The translations under genes were made by a program, and so were the position numbers. Positions 9,510-20,812 of a stretch of 63,536 nt of DNA are shown one piece after another. Source of the DNA: Desulfuromonas sp. (lineage in GTDB: Bacteria; Desulfobacterota; Desulfuromonadia; Desulfuromonadales; Desulfuromonadaceae). The notes beneath the pieces are model-generated. The model was not told where the DNA came from. It saw only the letters and a list, made by a program, of their open reading frames with translations, and did no database searches. The stretch is taken from the NCBI GenBank assembly GCA_028685815.1, contig JAQUDG010000001.1:1-63536 (forward strand), in the 5' to 3' direction. Every line of letters starts with the position of its first letter. Positions within the stretch are counted from its first letter, which is position 1.

Positions 9510-10619
9510 ATGAGTCAAAAAACTTGGAACTATCGCGGTCATCTTCTTTTAGGGATAGCAGCGCTGTTCTTTATGCTGATGGCGGTCTATGTTCTTGAAC
9601 GCCGTATTGCCGGGGTGTCTGAGGTTTGGCGCTGCGTCAGTGGGTATGGTCTTGGGCTAGGTCTGGGGCTAAACAGTCTGGCCTTGGTTTTTTTGCTGAA
9701 TCGTAAGCAAGGAGCCAAGGGGGGTGCTGCCCTCCCTGTGCCCAACTTTTCCTATGAAGAAGTGTTTCACAAAGGAGAGATTCTGATCCATGTGGTTGAT
9801 CTGGAAGGGCGGATTCTGTATGTAAATCAGGCGTGGAAGGATCTGCTGGGTTATGCTGATACCGACTTGATGCATAAGAATATTTTCAGTGTGATTGATG
9901 CTGAATTTCAGGATATCTGCCGCAAGCGCATGCAGGCGCTGGTGCAAAATAAGGAAGATAAGGATCTGTTTCAGATCACTGTACGCGCCAAGAGCGGGGC
10001 AAAGGTGACGCTGGAAGGGAACTGCTCCCTTGGCTATGTAAATGGAGTCCCCCAGAGTGTGCGCGGCCTGTTTCGCGATATCAGTGATCGTAAGGCGCGG
10101 GAGCAGCATCTGCTCCGCTTGGCGTATTATGATGGCCTCACCGGCTTGCCCAACCGCCATCTCCTGCCGGACCGTTTGCGCCAAGCCATGGCATGCGCTG
10201 CGCGTTATGGGCAGTACTGCGCCGTGGTGTTTCTTGATCTCGACGGGTTCAAGCAGGTCAATGACACCCTTGGACACGCACAGGGCGATTTTCTTCTGCG
10301 TCAGGTAGGTCAGCGTCTGTCTCAGGCGTTGCGTGAAAATGACACCGTAAGTCGAATCGGCGGGGATGAGTTTGTCGTAGTGATAACCGGCCTGCGCGAG
10401 CTCACACATATCACCGGGATTGTGCATAAACTGCAGCGCCGTATCGAGGAACCCTTTGCGCTAGAAGAGATGGAGTTTATTATGCAAGCTAGTTTTGGTG
10501 TCGCGGTGTACCCCGATGATGGCACTACGGTGGATGAACTGCTTGCGTGCGCGGATCAAGCCATGTACGCAGCTAAAGAGAACGATAAGGGCGGCTATCG
10601 TATGTACGCAGCCCGTTAA
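9510..10619 (+). CDS. Membrane-associated PAS-GGDEF diguanylate cyclase
   Basis: N-terminal TM segments and a PAS-like region (HVVDLEGRILYVNQAWKDLLGY). GGDEF domain with RIGGDEFVV active site, RxxD I-site (RENDtvsriGGDEF) and the canonical FKQVND...GHAQGD guanine-binding residues. Confidence 0.9.
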   Translation: MSQKTWNYRGHLLLGIAALFFMLMAVYVLERRIAGVSEVWRCVSGYGLGLGLGLNSLALVFLLNRKQGAKGGAALPVPNFSYEEVFHKGEILIHVVDLEGRILYVNQAWKDLLGYADTDLMHKNIFSVIDAEFQDICRKRMQALVQNKEDKDLFQITVRAKSGAKVTLEGNCSLGYVNGVPQSVRGLFRDISDRKAREQHLLRLAYYDGLTGLPNRHLLPDRLRQAMACAARYGQYCAVVFLDLDGFKQVNDTLGHAQGDFLLRQVGQRLSQALRENDTVSRIGGDEFVVVITGLRELTHITGIVHKLQRRIEEPFALEEMEFIMQASFGVAVYPDDGTTVDELLACADQAMYAAKENDKGGYRMYAAR

Positions 10620-10858
10620 GGATCGCCCGCGCCCTTTAAACCACCGCCACGGTCTGTCCCTATGCTTTGCTCCGTACAACTGTAACCCCGGTGCAGCCAA
10701 AGCTTGCGCACGCGTGCTAAGGGAGGGTATATGGTACATAGCGGGTACAAGTGGTTGTTCTGTATACGCCTATCCACGTGCTGAAGGTTTTGGGCAAAAG
10801 CTAAACCTCTCTGAAACGGCAGGCCATTCTTTCAGGGGTTCGGAGGTGTTTTTACGGT

Positions 10859-13087
10859 ATGAAGCTCAGTATCCAGGTCAAAATGATTTTGACCATTATT
10901 GTTGGGGTGTTGGTGTGGGGCTGGTTCCACTATTATATCCAGCAGCGCGAGATTCTGCCGAGCTATCATCGCCAGGAAGAACTTCTTATTCAAGCACAGA
11001 CCCTGCATGTGCGTGAGCTTTTAAGTTATGAGCTTGAAGCCCTCGACCAGTTTTGTTACGACTGGGCCGCCTGGGACGATTCCTACGCCTTTATCCGCAA
11101 TCACAACCTTGAGTACATAGAATCCAATCTAGTTTACACCTCTTTTGAGCACAATAATCTGAGCCTTATCTACTATGTCGATACCTCCGGACGTAAGGTC
11201 TGGCACAATTTCTATGATTTAAATCGCAGTGAAGCATACGCAGATGATACCTTCTGGTCGCGGCCACAATTGGGCCCAGACGAGCCATTTCTGCAGATTG
11301 AGGGGGTGGAAGATTCGCTCTCAGGGCTGGTTGGGCTTAAACAAGGGGTTTTGCTCATAGCAGTACGCCCCATAATACCCAGCTCGGGGGTAGGTGTGAT
11401 ACGCGGGTACCTGATCATGGGGCGTATGCTTGAGGGTGAGGTTACCAAGCGGATTAATCACCATTTGCGCAGCAGGGTTGATTTTATTCCCTGGAGCGAA
11501 GTTAAGGCAACCCTCGGAGCGGATGACCTGAAACTGTTGCGCCAAGATAAAGTATTAAATCGCCCTGATCCCGAAGCTAAAAATATTATGCAAGGCTACG
11601 TAGCCTTGTTTGATCTGTGGGGGAAGCCGGTTGCGGTAGCACGGATGCATATGGAGCGCACGTTGATGCAGCAGGGGGAAAGGGCTCTGCTACGCAACGT
11701 GCAGGGTAATCTTATTGCGGGCAGTATTGTTTTGTTCTTGATGCTGCTGATGCTGCATAGATTTGTGGTGCTGCCGCTACGTCACCTTACTTCTAGTGTG
11801 CAGCAAGTTGGCGCCGATAATGCCAAATGGACGGAATTGCCCCGAAACCTCAAAGGGGAAGATGAGATCGGCATGCTGGCGCACGAATTTGAGCGTATGT
11901 TGAGCCGGATCAAAACCCAGATCGAATTCAAAGACGAAATAGCGCTCAAACTGGAGCGCAGTAAAGCCAGGACTCGCCTAGTTCTGGATACCACGCCGGA
12001 TGCTATTTTAAGCGTCGGCGCTGACGGAACCATAACTGCGAGCAACAGAGGTGCAGATCTCATGCTCGGTTATGCGGACGGCTCTCTGGCGGGAGAAAAA
12101 ATTTACAATGTTCTGGCCTCACCGTTCAGCGAACGCTTGCGCGAACGCCTGCGTACAGATGCTAATTCATGTCGCTGCTTCACTGCTGGTTGCGAAGCGC
12201 GCGCACGGCGGCGTGATGGCAGTGAGTTATACGTACATGTGCGTGGTTGTCCTATGGAGGACAATCCTGAGTCCATGTTTTTATGGACCATGCGAGACAT
12301 CTCGGAGCTGAAAGAGATGCATGAACAAGTGTCCCACCACGAACGTCTTGCAGCTATCGGGCAGATGGGGGCATCGGTGGCGCATGATGTGCGCAACCCT
12401 CTGACGGGGATCAGTGGTGGAATTCAATTACTCCTCAAGCAGGGAGGGCTAACCTCGGTACAACACACGGTGCTGGAGGAGATGCTGATACTTGCGGATC
12501 GTATCGAGTATACCGTGGCCCAGATGCTGGCGTTTTCGAAGCGCTGGGAGCCCTCCACCCAGAAAATCAATCTAGTTGATTTCCTGCAGCAGATCGGCGA
12601 AGAGCTCTCCGGACGCAAGGAGTTCGCCAACGTAACCTTTGCTTTTGGCGGCGAGCGGCGCTTGTATGTAAAGGCCGACCCCGAGTTAATGCGTCAGGTG
12701 TTCAACAACTTGTACCAGAATGCGAAGGAGTCTATGGATAATGGCGGTTCCATAGGTTCCGTAGTAACCCGCGCCGAGGGTGTAGCCAAGGTGCTTATAA
12801 AAGATAGCGGAACAGGGATGGATCAGGACGTCGTCGGTAGAGTGCTTGAACCTTTTTACAGCACTAAGCGAGAGGGAACCGGTCTTGGTTTGGCCATCTG
12901 TCGCAAGATTGTGGAGGCGCACGACGGCACCATGCAACTTGAAAGTATGCCTGGTGTAGGAACTACGGTGACCATTACCCTTCCCTTGGGTAACCAGGAA
13001 CTGCTGGGACAGCACAATGGGTTAAGGGGGCAGAAAAATGTTGCGCTCAATATTTTAGCCGAGGGTGAGGTCGACCAGCTCCAGTAG
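10859..13087 (+). CDS. Sensor histidine kinase: CHASE4 - HAMP - PAS - HisKA - HATPase_c
   Basis: CHASE4-type signature CYDWAAWDDSYAF after an N-terminal TM helix. H-box AHDVRNPLTGI, N-box NLYQNAKES, G-boxes DSGTGM and GTGLGLAI. No receiver domain, and no cognate response regulator in the window. Confidence 0.85.
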   Translation: MKLSIQVKMILTIIVGVLVWGWFHYYIQQREILPSYHRQEELLIQAQTLHVRELLSYELEALDQFCYDWAAWDDSYAFIRNHNLEYIESNLVYTSFEHNNLSLIYYVDTSGRKVWHNFYDLNRSEAYADDTFWSRPQLGPDEPFLQIEGVEDSLSGLVGLKQGVLLIAVRPIIPSSGVGVIRGYLIMGRMLEGEVTKRINHHLRSRVDFIPWSEVKATLGADDLKLLRQDKVLNRPDPEAKNIMQGYVALFDLWGKPVAVARMHMERTLMQQGERALLRNVQGNLIAGSIVLFLMLLMLHRFVVLPLRHLTSSVQQVGADNAKWTELPRNLKGEDEIGMLAHEFERMLSRIKTQIEFKDEIALKLERSKARTRLVLDTTPDAILSVGADGTITASNRGADLMLGYADGSLAGEKIYNVLASPFSERLRERLRTDANSCRCFTAGCEARARRRDGSELYVHVRGCPMEDNPESMFLWTMRDISELKEMHEQVSHHERLAAIGQMGASVAHDVRNPLTGISGGIQLLLKQGGLTSVQHTVLEEMLILADRIEYTVAQMLAFSKRWEPSTQKINLVDFLQQIGEELSGRKEFANVTFAFGGERRLYVKADPELMRQVFNNLYQNAKESMDNGGSIGSVVTRAEGVAKVLIKDSGTGMDQDVVGRVLEPFYSTKREGTGLGLAICRKIVEAHDGTMQLESMPGVGTTVTITLPLGNQELLGQHNGLRGQKNVALNILAEGEVDQLQ

Positions 13088-13112
13088 ATATCTTTGGTTG
13101 TGTGGAAAAATA

Positions 13113-13158
13113 AAACTGCCTGAAGCGCTCGGTGTGAGTGAAGTGCTTCAGGCAGTTT
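13113..13158. terminator. Bidirectional terminator hairpin between convergent genes
   Basis: AAACTGCCTGAAGC...GCTTCAGGCAGTTT, a 14-bp stem with A/T runs on both flanks, between the kinase stop (13087) and the tkt stop (13191). Confidence 0.75.
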
Positions 13159-13190
13159 AAATTAACCCCTTGTTAGCTTTGTTGTAGGGC

Positions 13191-15185
13191 TCAGTTTTTA
13201 GCCAAGAGTTGGCGCGCCTGCTTGACCACATTGGCGCTGGTAAAACCAAAATGTTGCATCAGTTCGTCACCGGGGGCGCTGGCGCCGAACCCTTCCATGC
13301 CAATTATAGCTCCATCTAGGCCGACATAACGCTCCCAGCCAAAAGTCAATCCGGCCTCGATAGCAAGGCGCTTGCGGCAAGCTCGCGGGAGGACCTTCTC
13401 CTTGTAAGCGGCATCCTGGGCTTCAAACAGCTCCCACGAGGGGATAGAGACCACTCGGGTGCCGATGCCATCTTTCTCCAGCTCTTGTCTAGCCTCCATG
13501 GCATGCTGCACTTCTGAACCGCTGGCGATGAGGATGAGACTCAAGGGATGCTGTTCTGCGGCAAGAATGTAGGCACCTTTATGCAATAGCTCGGCGCTGT
13601 TAGCTTCGGTACGCTCTAGGGTGGGCAAGCCCTGGCGGGTGAGGATCAGTGCGGTGGGGCCAGTGCGCTTTAGTAGGGCGGCCTTCCAAGCTTGAGCGGT
13701 CTCATTTGCGTCACACGGACGGATCACCGTGAGGTTAGGTACGCTGCGCAGACTACTGAGTTGTTCAATAGGCTGATGCGTAGGACCATCCTCACCTACC
13801 CCAATGGAGTCGTGGGTAAAGATGTATATCGGGGCAATCCCCATCAGGGCGGCCATCCGCATGGGGGGGCGCATATAGTCGGAGAAAATCATGAAGGTGG
13901 CACCGAACGGTAACAGCCCCTTGGTGTGGCACAGGCCGTTGAGGATAGACCCCATGGCGTGCTCACGGATGCCGAAGTGGATGTTGCGCCCGGCGTGGCA
14001 TGGACTGAACGCGTCCGCCCCGTTGAGGTGGGAGTTGTTGGACGGCGCTAGGTCCGCTGAGCCGCCAAGCATCAGCGGCAGGCCCGCAGCTAGCGCATTC
14101 AGGGTCGCTCCACTGGCGGAGCGGGTGGCGACACTCTTTCCGGCTTCGAAGCGAGGTATGAGTTTGTCAAGAGCGGCGCTATCGGGCGCGGTAGAGTCGA
14201 TCCAGTCGGCCAGTTTTGGATTGACCTTGGCTTTGGCGGTACATTTTTGCTGCCACTGTTGTTCTAGTTCAACACCCCGTGTTTTCAGTCCGGCCATGTG
14301 GGTGTATACCGCTGCGGGGACAGAGAAATGCTCATCAGGATTGCGCCCCAAGGCTTGCTTGGTCAGCTTCAGCTCTTCGCTTCCCAGCGGCGCGCCGTGA
14401 GCGGCAGCCGTCCCCTGTTTGTTCGGAGATCCCTGCCCGATGTTGGTGCGCGTTATGATCAGGGATGGCCGTGGGTCGCATTTGGCGCGTTCGATGGCAG
14501 CATCTACTTCAAGAAGATTTTCCCCGGTGACCCGTTCTACGTGCCAGCCGTAGGCGAGATAGCGCGTGGCCACCTCTTCGCTGAAGGCCAACGAGGTATC
14601 CCCCTCGATGGAGATTTTATTGTCTAGGTATAGATAAATGAGATTGCCGAGGCGCAGGTGTCCGGCGAGGGATGCGGCTTCAGCTGAAACCCCCTCCATC
14701 ATATCGCCATCCGAGCACAAGGCGTAGATAGTGTAATTGAACAGCTCAGGGTCTACTTTTTCCGCCAGAAACCTAGCCCCCATGGCCATCCCGGTTCCGA
14801 CGGCAATCCCTTGCCCTAGAGGCCCAGTGGTGGTTTCAACTCCAGGGGTGTGCCCGAACTCTGGGTGACCTGGAGTTTTGCTCCCAAACTGACGAAATTG
14901 CTTGATGTCATCGAGACTAAGATCGTACCCACACAGGTGGAGGGTGCTGTACAGCAGCATGGAGCCATGCCCACAGGAGAGAATGAAGCGGTCGCGGCCG
15001 GCCCAGTCCGGATTCGCCGGATTGTAGCGCATATGTCTGGTGTACAGTAGGTACGCCAGCGGCGCGCCTTCCATCGGAGTGCCCGGATGTCCGGAGTTGG
15101 CTTGTTCTACCGCATCGGCGGACAGAAGGCGGATGGTGTCGATGGTCAGTGCTGCCTGGTTGAGGTCAATCTCGGGTGCTTGCAT
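13191..15185 (-). CDS. tkt: Transketolase
   Basis: 664 aa. N-terminal [25 protein letters not shown] and GDGDMMEGV-type ([11 protein letters not shown]) ThDP motifs; full-length similarity to bacterial Tkt. Confidence 0.95.
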   Translation of the reverse strand: MQAPEIDLNQAALTIDTIRLLSADAVEQANSGHPGTPMEGAPLAYLLYTRHMRYNPANPDWAGRDRFILSCGHGSMLLYSTLHLCGYDLSLDDIKQFRQFGSKTPGHPEFGHTPGVETTTGPLGQGIAVGTGMAMGARFLAEKVDPELFNYTIYALCSDGDMMEGVSAEAASLAGHLRLGNLIYLYLDNKISIEGDTSLAFSEEVATRYLAYGWHVERVTGENLLEVDAAIERAKCDPRPSLIITRTNIGQGSPNKQGTAAAHGAPLGSEELKLTKQALGRNPDEHFSVPAAVYTHMAGLKTRGVELEQQWQQKCTAKAKVNPKLADWIDSTAPDSAALDKLIPRFEAGKSVATRSASGATLNALAAGLPLMLGGSADLAPSNNSHLNGADAFSPCHAGRNIHFGIREHAMGSILNGLCHTKGLLPFGATFMIFSDYMRPPMRMAALMGIAPIYIFTHDSIGVGEDGPTHQPIEQLSSLRSVPNLTVIRPCDANETAQAWKAALLKRTGPTALILTRQGLPTLERTEANSAELLHKGAYILAAEQHPLSLILIASGSEVQHAMEARQELEKDGIGTRVVSIPSWELFEAQDAAYKEKVLPRACRKRLAIEAGLTFGWERYVGLDGAIIGMEGFGASAPGDELMQHFGFTSANVVKQARQLLAKN

Positions 15186-15221
15186 GTAAACAGGGCTCCT
15201 TGGCTGCTGCAGCCGGTTTTG

Positions 15222-16532
15222 TCAGGAATTAGATTTCAGGTAAGCGGTAATGCTTTTTGCAATAAGCTTAAAGATACTGGTGAATACTTTTTCATCGCGC
15301 TCTAATAGGGTGATCCTGAACCCTTGCTCAGGGGTAGAAAATGAGCTCAGGGGCACGGTGCATATCCCCGTGGACGCAAGCAGATAGTAGACAAAGCGCT
15401 TGTCAGGTGAGGTGCCCGGCTCCTGCACTAGTTTTTCGATCATAGTGCGTACTTCTGCATTCTCAATGGGTAGGGTGCCAGTATTGCTGAGCAGATCGCG
15501 CTGGAAGGCAATACTCATATAAAACGCGCCATTGGTGCGGTTGACCTTGATCCCGGGGACTTCCTTGAGAATGTTATAAGCAATATTAGAGTGTTTTTCG
15601 TACCTTGTGGTGCGTTCATTTAGATATACAGGGTATTGCTCGTGACTCAGGATTAGCGGAATCGCCTTTTGTGGCAGGGTGGTGGAGCACACCTCAACCA
15701 TCTTGGAGTTTACGATGGACTGTATGTACTGCGCAAACATCGGATCTTTGTTGCGATTATATATTTCGATCCAGCCGCAGCGTGAGCCAGGCCAAGGCAG
15801 GTCTTTGCTGATCCCCTTCATGGCGATGGCGGGGATATCCCCGATCAGGTCTGAAATGGGGCGCGTCGATTCTCCGTTATAGATAATATTGTGGTAAATC
15901 TCGTCGCAGATAACAAATAGGTCATACTTGCGTGCCAACTCGAGCATTTCCACCAAAATACGCTCTGGGTACACCGCTCCGGTCGGATTATCTGGGTTGA
16001 TGATCAGTAAGCCACAGATGGCCGGGTTGTATTTGATCGACAGGCGCAGATCGTCAAGATCGGGATACCAGTAGTTGTCTGGGTCTAGACGGTATGACAC
16101 GGGCGGCTGTCCAGCATGGGCTGCTTCACCGGAAGAGTGGGTGGAGTAGGTGGGAGAGGGGCCGATGACGCGTGCTTCGCGTTTCAGAAATCCGTACACC
16201 TTCTGGATGGCGTCGCCCAGACCGTTGAAAAAGACAATATCTTCTGGAGTTATTTGGGCCTTGCCTCGGCTGTTAGTGCGCTCTGCGAGGAACTTACGCG
16301 TCTCAAGAACTCCTTTGGTAGCGCAATAGCCATACGAACAGTCCTGCATGGCTAGGTCTGCGACAATCTGCTTCATCCAGTCGGGAATTTTCTCCCCTTT
16401 GGCGATGGGATCACCGATGTTCTCCATGTTGGTTTTAATGCCAAGCTCTGAAAGTTTCTCGGCGATATCCACGATAGCGCGAATTTCATAGGTGAGCTTG
16501 CCTGCACCGATATGCACGATGTTGTTACGCAT
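15222..16532 (-). CDS. PLP-dependent aminotransferase, class I/II (alanine/aspartate aminotransferase-like)
   Basis: Start placed at MRNNIVHIG (AAGGA RBS upstream). INPDNPTG and the KGISKDLPWPGSRCGW Lys motif are typical of fold-type I aminotransferases. Confidence 0.85.
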   Translation of the reverse strand: MRNNIVHIGAGKLTYEIRAIVDIAEKLSELGIKTNMENIGDPIAKGEKIPDWMKQIVADLAMQDCSYGYCATKGVLETRKFLAERTNSRGKAQITPEDIVFFNGLGDAIQKVYGFLKREARVIGPSPTYSTHSSGEAAHAGQPPVSYRLDPDNYWYPDLDDLRLSIKYNPAICGLLIINPDNPTGAVYPERILVEMLELARKYDLFVICDEIYHNIIYNGESTRPISDLIGDIPAIAMKGISKDLPWPGSRCGWIEIYNRNKDPMFAQYIQSIVNSKMVEVCSTTLPQKAIPLILSHEQYPVYLNERTTRYEKHSNIAYNILKEVPGIKVNRTNGAFYMSIAFQRDLLSNTGTLPIENAEVRTMIEKLVQEPGTSPDKRFVYYLLASTGICTVPLSSFSTPEQGFRITLLERDEKVFTSIFKLIAKSITAYLKSNS

Positions 16533-16750
16533 GTTGTGTCGTCCTTTGTTCTTCGCGCCGATATGCTGCCGCAGCAGGAAATCAGCAGGGGCTTTGGATG
16601 TGGAGGAGTTGAGTGTGAGTTTAAGCGAATAAACCAAATATGTGTGCGCTATTTTTCAGTAAACTTGAACATTTTCGCGCAGCTAACGTGCGTATCATGC
16701 GCAGGGGTGGGAAGTCAAATAATTTTAAAATGCTGCGCGCCGTTACCGAG

Positions 16751-16775
16751 TAAAAAAGCCTATTGAATAGGCCAG
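16751..16775 (-). terminator. Orphan terminator-like hairpin plus T-run (minus strand)
   Basis: The minus strand reads GGCCTATTCAATAGGC followed by TTTTTT. No annotated minus-strand gene ends here, and the aminotransferase start is ~220 nt further downstream. Confidence 0.4.
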
Positions 16776-16965
16776 AATTGAGTTTTATCAAGTTTTATTG
16801 GCCTAAACTGGTGGTTGCCCGTCCGTGAAGGGCCGTATGATAATTGTATACAGTATCCAATGGGACAAGTAGGTACAGACAGCGAATAAGCGAAAAAAAG
16901 CACCTTGTTACAGCATGTTATGCGATTAAATGTTTGACCGCGCACTTTTGTTTCTATTATTGATC

Positions 16966-16994
16966 TTGACAATGTTTTACCGTTTCGATACAAG
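16966..16994 (+). promoter_or_regulatory. Candidate sigma-70 promoter for the nuo operon
   Basis: TTGACA-N17-TACAAG, ~160 nt upstream of nuoA. The -10 box matches 4/6, so this is weak. Confidence 0.3.
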
Positions 16995-17151
16995 ATGCAG
17001 GTCGGCGCTGTGCTCTGTTCCATTGGGGTAGACACGCTGAAACAGGAGTGCTGCTGGCCACGCGGTCTGGTGGCTAGGCAGGAGTTTTTTAGATTCGCAC
17101 ACTGCTTTTGATATGCAGCGTGTGTTCCCATTCAGGGAGGCAAATGTAGGT

Positions 17152-17544
17152 ATGGTCGAACATCATCTAGTCGATTACATGTATGTCTTGGTGTTTCTGA
17201 CGGTCGGGGTGGTAAGTGCCCTTGGAATGTTACTGATCGCCCGTCTGATCGCGCCAAGGGGAGGGTTCGGAAAGACGCGGGACACGTATGAGTGCGGAAT
17301 GGACACCTACGATTCAGCGTGGAATGTGCGTTTTGATATTTCATACTATCTGTATGCGCTGATCTTTCTGGCGTTTGACGTTGACGTTCTGTATTTGTTT
17401 CCCGTAGCGACAGCTTTTGACAGGGTGTCGGCAGCGCGGGGCATTACTGAGCTGTTCATATTTGTTGGTATTTTGTCTCTGGCGATTGTGTACGCCTGGG
17501 TCAAGGGAGTCTTTACGTGGCCGAACAGAAAAAAAGTTTGTTAA
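17152..17544 (+). CDS. nuoA: Complex I subunit A
   Basis: 130 aa with three TM segments. YECGMD...[24 protein letters not shown] is the NuoA/ND3 signature. Confidence 0.9.
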   Translation: MVEHHLVDYMYVLVFLTVGVVSALGMLLIARLIAPRGGFGKTRDTYECGMDTYDSAWNVRFDISYYLYALIFLAFDVDVLYLFPVATAFDRVSAARGITELFIFVGILSLAIVYAWVKGVFTWPNRKKVC

Positions 17545-18113
17545 GGGTTCACTCCTACGCCAAGGAGTGTCATGAGCGGAGCGAGCAGGGTTACTCTGAC
17601 GCTGCTCTAGCTGGGGGCCATCAGCCCGGCCTGATCCAGCTGGAACTAGCCGATAAAATCCTCAATGCATGTCGGGCCAACTCACTGTGGCCCATGACGT
17701 TCGGCATTGCCTGCTGTGCGATTGAGATGATGGTCTGTGGTATGGCGCGCTTTGACATATCGCGTTTTGGGTCAGAGGTATTCCGTCCCTCACCGCGCCA
17801 GTCTGACCTGATGATCGTGGCTGGAACTGTCAATAGAAAGCTGGCACCCGTTCTGCTGACTCTATATGAGCAGATGCCTGCACCGCGCTACGTTATCGCA
17901 CTGGGTAACTGTGCTGTTTCCGGTGGTCCGTTTGACGTTGAGGCCAATTATGATGTTGTGCTTGGGGTCGATAAGCTTATCCCTGTTGACGTTTATGTCC
18001 CTGGATGCCCTCCGAGACCGGAAGCACTCATCGAGGGGATACTTCAATTGCAGGAGAAGATTGCCGGTAAGCGCAACCCGTTCCCGCAGAACAGAATGCC
18101 GAAGGGAGCCTGA
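17517..18113 (+). CDS. nuoB: Complex I subunit B (N2 cluster subunit)
   Basis: [26 protein letters not shown] and PGCPPRPEA Cys motifs. GTG 17517 overlaps the nuoA end; TTG 17535 is an alternative start. Confidence 0.9.
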   Translation: MAEQKKSLLRVHSYAKECHERSEQGYSDAALAGGHQPGLIQLELADKILNACRANSLWPMTFGIACCAIEMMVCGMARFDISRFGSEVFRPSPRQSDLMIVAGTVNRKLAPVLLTLYEQMPAPRYVIALGNCAVSGGPFDVEANYDVVLGVDKLIPVDVYVPGCPPRPEALIEGILQLQEKIAGKRNPFPQNRMPKGA

Positions 18114-18119
18114 TGCGCT

Positions 18120-18683
18120 ATGAATGTTAAAGCTATGCAGAAAAAATGGCTCGAGCTCGGTGTTGAAGTAGAAGAGACCGAATACGCTAAAACGGGCTAT
18201 GACTTCAGTCTCACCCTGCCTGCGGAAAAGGTCCACGCGCTCGCCGAGGTGATGCTTGCCGATGGATTCTATTTAGTGTTTGTTACGGCGGTACACGCTC
18301 TGCCTGCTATTGAGGTAGTTTATCAGTTCGCTCTCGCCAGTTCGCCCCGTTGCAGAGTGATGGCGCGCACCGCAGTCAGAGCTGATGGTACCGTGCCTAC
18401 GATTTCAGATATCTATCAGGGTGCCAATTGGCACGAGCGGGAAGCGCGCGACTTTTACGGTGTTGTGTTCGCCGGACACCCCAACCTTGTCCCCTTGATC
18501 CTTGCGGAAGAGGATGTAGACCTGAAGCCGCTGCTCAAGGAAGAAAAGAACCTGAAGGATATTTCCGCATTGCGACACCTGCCAGCTGAGGCGGAGCCAA
18601 AGGAAGAAAAGGCTCCTGCAGCTGCCAAAAAGGAGCCCGCTGCCACCGATAAAAAGGCAGCTAAACCCCAAGCTTCCAACTAG
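18120..18683 (+). CDS. nuoC: Complex I subunit C with Lys/Ala/Pro/Glu-rich C-terminal tail
   Basis: NWHEREARDFYGVVFAGHPN is the NuoC/30-kDa signature. The last ~40 aa are low complexity (AEAEPKEEKAPAAAKKEPAATDKKAAKPQASN). Confidence 0.9.
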   Translation: MNVKAMQKKWLELGVEVEETEYAKTGYDFSLTLPAEKVHALAEVMLADGFYLVFVTAVHALPAIEVVYQFALASSPRCRVMARTAVRADGTVPTISDIYQGANWHEREARDFYGVVFAGHPNLVPLILAEEDVDLKPLLKEEKNLKDISALRHLPAEAEPKEEKAPAAAKKEPAATDKKAAKPQASN

Positions 18684-18704
18684 CCCGGAGCTGAGCTAAT
18701 TGCT

Positions 18705-19826
18705 ATGAATGTAGATGTGATAGAAGACGAAAGGCAGCATCAATTCGTCCTGAATATGGGACCTCAGCATCCCAGTACTCACGGAGTATTGCGCGTGCTG
18801 TTGAAGATGGAAGGGGAGTATGTTCTCGATCCCCAGCCTGTATTAGGTTATGTGCACCGTTGTCACGAAAAAATTGGAGAATATAAGCCGGCTAGAGCGT
18901 TTATGCCGAATACGGCCCGCATGGACTACCTTGGTGCGCTGATTTATAACCAGGGTTACGCCATGTTGCTTGAGCGTGCCGCCGGAATAGAGGTGCCGCG
19001 ACGCGCGGAATATATCCGTGTCATCACCAGCGAGTTGAATAGAATTCAGAGTCATTTGCTCTGGTATGGTGCATATCTGCTCGACTTGGGCGCGTTTACC
19101 CCCATTATGTACGCGTTTGATGACCGCGAGCATATCCTTGATACCCTCGAAGACATATGCGGTTCGCGCCTAACCTACTGCTACTGCAGGGTTGGCGGCG
19201 TGTGCAAAGACATCGACGATAAATTCATCGAGCGTACCCGAGCATTCATTGAGCGTCTGCGCGGACGTTTGCCCATGTACGAGAAGCTGGTTAATGGCAA
19301 CATCATTGTGCAGAAGCGTATGAAGTCGGTAGGAAATTATACTCCTGAACTGTGCGCGCGCTATGGGGTGACCGGTCCTTTGCTACGTGCTGCTGGGGTC
19401 GAGTATGATCTGCGCAAAGCTGAGCCGTACTCTGTATATTCAGAGTTCGATTTTGAAGTGCCCACCGAGCAGCAAGGTGATGCCTGGGCGGCGTTTAATG
19501 TGCGCTACCGCGAGATCGAACAAAGTCTCCGCATTGTAGAACAGGCTTTGGACAAGCTGCCGGAAGGAGAAGTGATGGAGGCCAAGGTGCCGAAAAAGCT
19601 GAGGCTTCCCCAGGGTGATTACAACTGTTCAGTTGAAGCCCCGCGCGGCGAATTGTCCTATTATCTGGTATCCGATGGTAGTGACATTCCCTACCGCATC
19701 AAGGTCCGTACCCCCTCTTACAGTAATCTCAGTGTCGTACCCGAGGTGTGCAAAGGGATGATGATAGCCGATGTGGTTACAAGTATGGGTGCACTTGACC
19801 TCGTTATCCCCGAGATTGACAGGTAG
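18705..19826 (+). CDS. nuoD: Complex I subunit D
   Basis: LNMGPQHPSTHGVLRV near the N-terminus and DLVIPEIDR at the C-terminus are NuoD/49-kDa signatures. No [NiFe] CxxC pairs. Confidence 0.9.
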   Translation: MNVDVIEDERQHQFVLNMGPQHPSTHGVLRVLLKMEGEYVLDPQPVLGYVHRCHEKIGEYKPARAFMPNTARMDYLGALIYNQGYAMLLERAAGIEVPRRAEYIRVITSELNRIQSHLLWYGAYLLDLGAFTPIMYAFDDREHILDTLEDICGSRLTYCYCRVGGVCKDIDDKFIERTRAFIERLRGRLPMYEKLVNGNIIVQKRMKSVGNYTPELCARYGVTGPLLRAAGVEYDLRKAEPYSVYSEFDFEVPTEQQGDAWAAFNVRYREIEQSLRIVEQALDKLPEGEVMEAKVPKKLRLPQGDYNCSVEAPRGELSYYLVSDGSDIPYRIKVRTPSYSNLSVVPEVCKGMMIADVVTSMGALDLVIPEIDR

Positions 19827-19831
19827 TGAAT

Positions 19832-20812
19832 ATGCAGACTCTTAATTCTTACGCCCCGGAAATTATCCGGATTGTCATGGCGGTTGTCGGCGGTGCAGTG
19901 GTGGTGTTTGGCAACGCCCTGGTTATGGGCTACATGGAGCGAAAACTGGCGGGCCATTTTCAGCGGCGAACCGGTCCCATGGAAGTAGGCTTTCACGGCC
20001 TTCTTCAGTTGGTGATTGACGGCATTAAGCTGATGTCAAAGCAGTTGGTGATTCCAGCCAAAGCAGACAAACCGCTGTTCATGTTGGCACCTATCATTTC
20101 ATTCGCTCCAGTTTTTCTTCCGCTGCTGGTGATTCCGTTCAGCGACCGCATTCAGGGATTCGATTTGGATGTTGGGTTGTTGTTCGTTCTTGCTATTGCG
20201 TCTATCAACGTACTGGCTGTGCTGGTCGCTGGCTGGGCTTCGAACAACAAGTATTCAATGTTTGGGGCGTTTCGTGCAGTAGCGCAGAATGTCGCATATG
20301 AAATACCGATGTTGCTTTCGCTGCTGGCCATTGTGTTTATGACCAATACCTTCAGCTTGCGCGGCATTGTCGAAGCGCAGACTGTATGGTTCATTGTGTT
20401 GCAACCGGTTGCCTTTATTATCTACCTGATCTGTATGGTTGCCGAGACAAACCGTGCGCCATTCGACTTGGCTGAAGCCGAGAGTGAGCTTACCGCAGGG
20501 TTTCATACAGAATACAGTGGCATGAGTTTCAGCCTGTTTATGATGGCTGAATACACCAACATGTTTATTGTTAGCTGTATTGCTACGGTATTCTTCTTGG
20601 GTGGGACCTCTGGGATCCCGCTACCATACTTTGAGTATACTGGCATCATCTGGTTCCTGCTTAAAGTTTACCTTTTTATGTTCTTTCTCGTTTGGATCCG
20701 CTGGACCTACCCTCGGACCCGTTTCGACCAGTTGATGAACCTGTGCTGGAAATATCTGCTGCCGATATCACTGGTTAATCTCCTTATTACTGTTGTGGTT
20801 GTGAAGCTATGA
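19832..20812 (+). CDS. nuoH: Complex I subunit H
   Basis: MERKLAGHFQRRTGP, AETNRAPFDLAEAESEL and RWTYPRTRFDQLM are NuoH/ND1 signatures. It follows nuoD directly; GTG 19826 is an alternative start. Confidence 0.92.
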   Translation: MQTLNSYAPEIIRIVMAVVGGAVVVFGNALVMGYMERKLAGHFQRRTGPMEVGFHGLLQLVIDGIKLMSKQLVIPAKADKPLFMLAPIISFAPVFLPLLVIPFSDRIQGFDLDVGLLFVLAIASINVLAVLVAGWASNNKYSMFGAFRAVAQNVAYEIPMLLSLLAIVFMTNTFSLRGIVEAQTVWFIVLQPVAFIIYLICMVAETNRAPFDLAEAESELTAGFHTEYSGMSFSLFMMAEYTNMFIVSCIATVFFLGGTSGIPLPYFEYTGIIWFLLKVYLFMFFLVWIRWTYPRTRFDQLMNLCWKYLLPISLVNLLITVVVVKL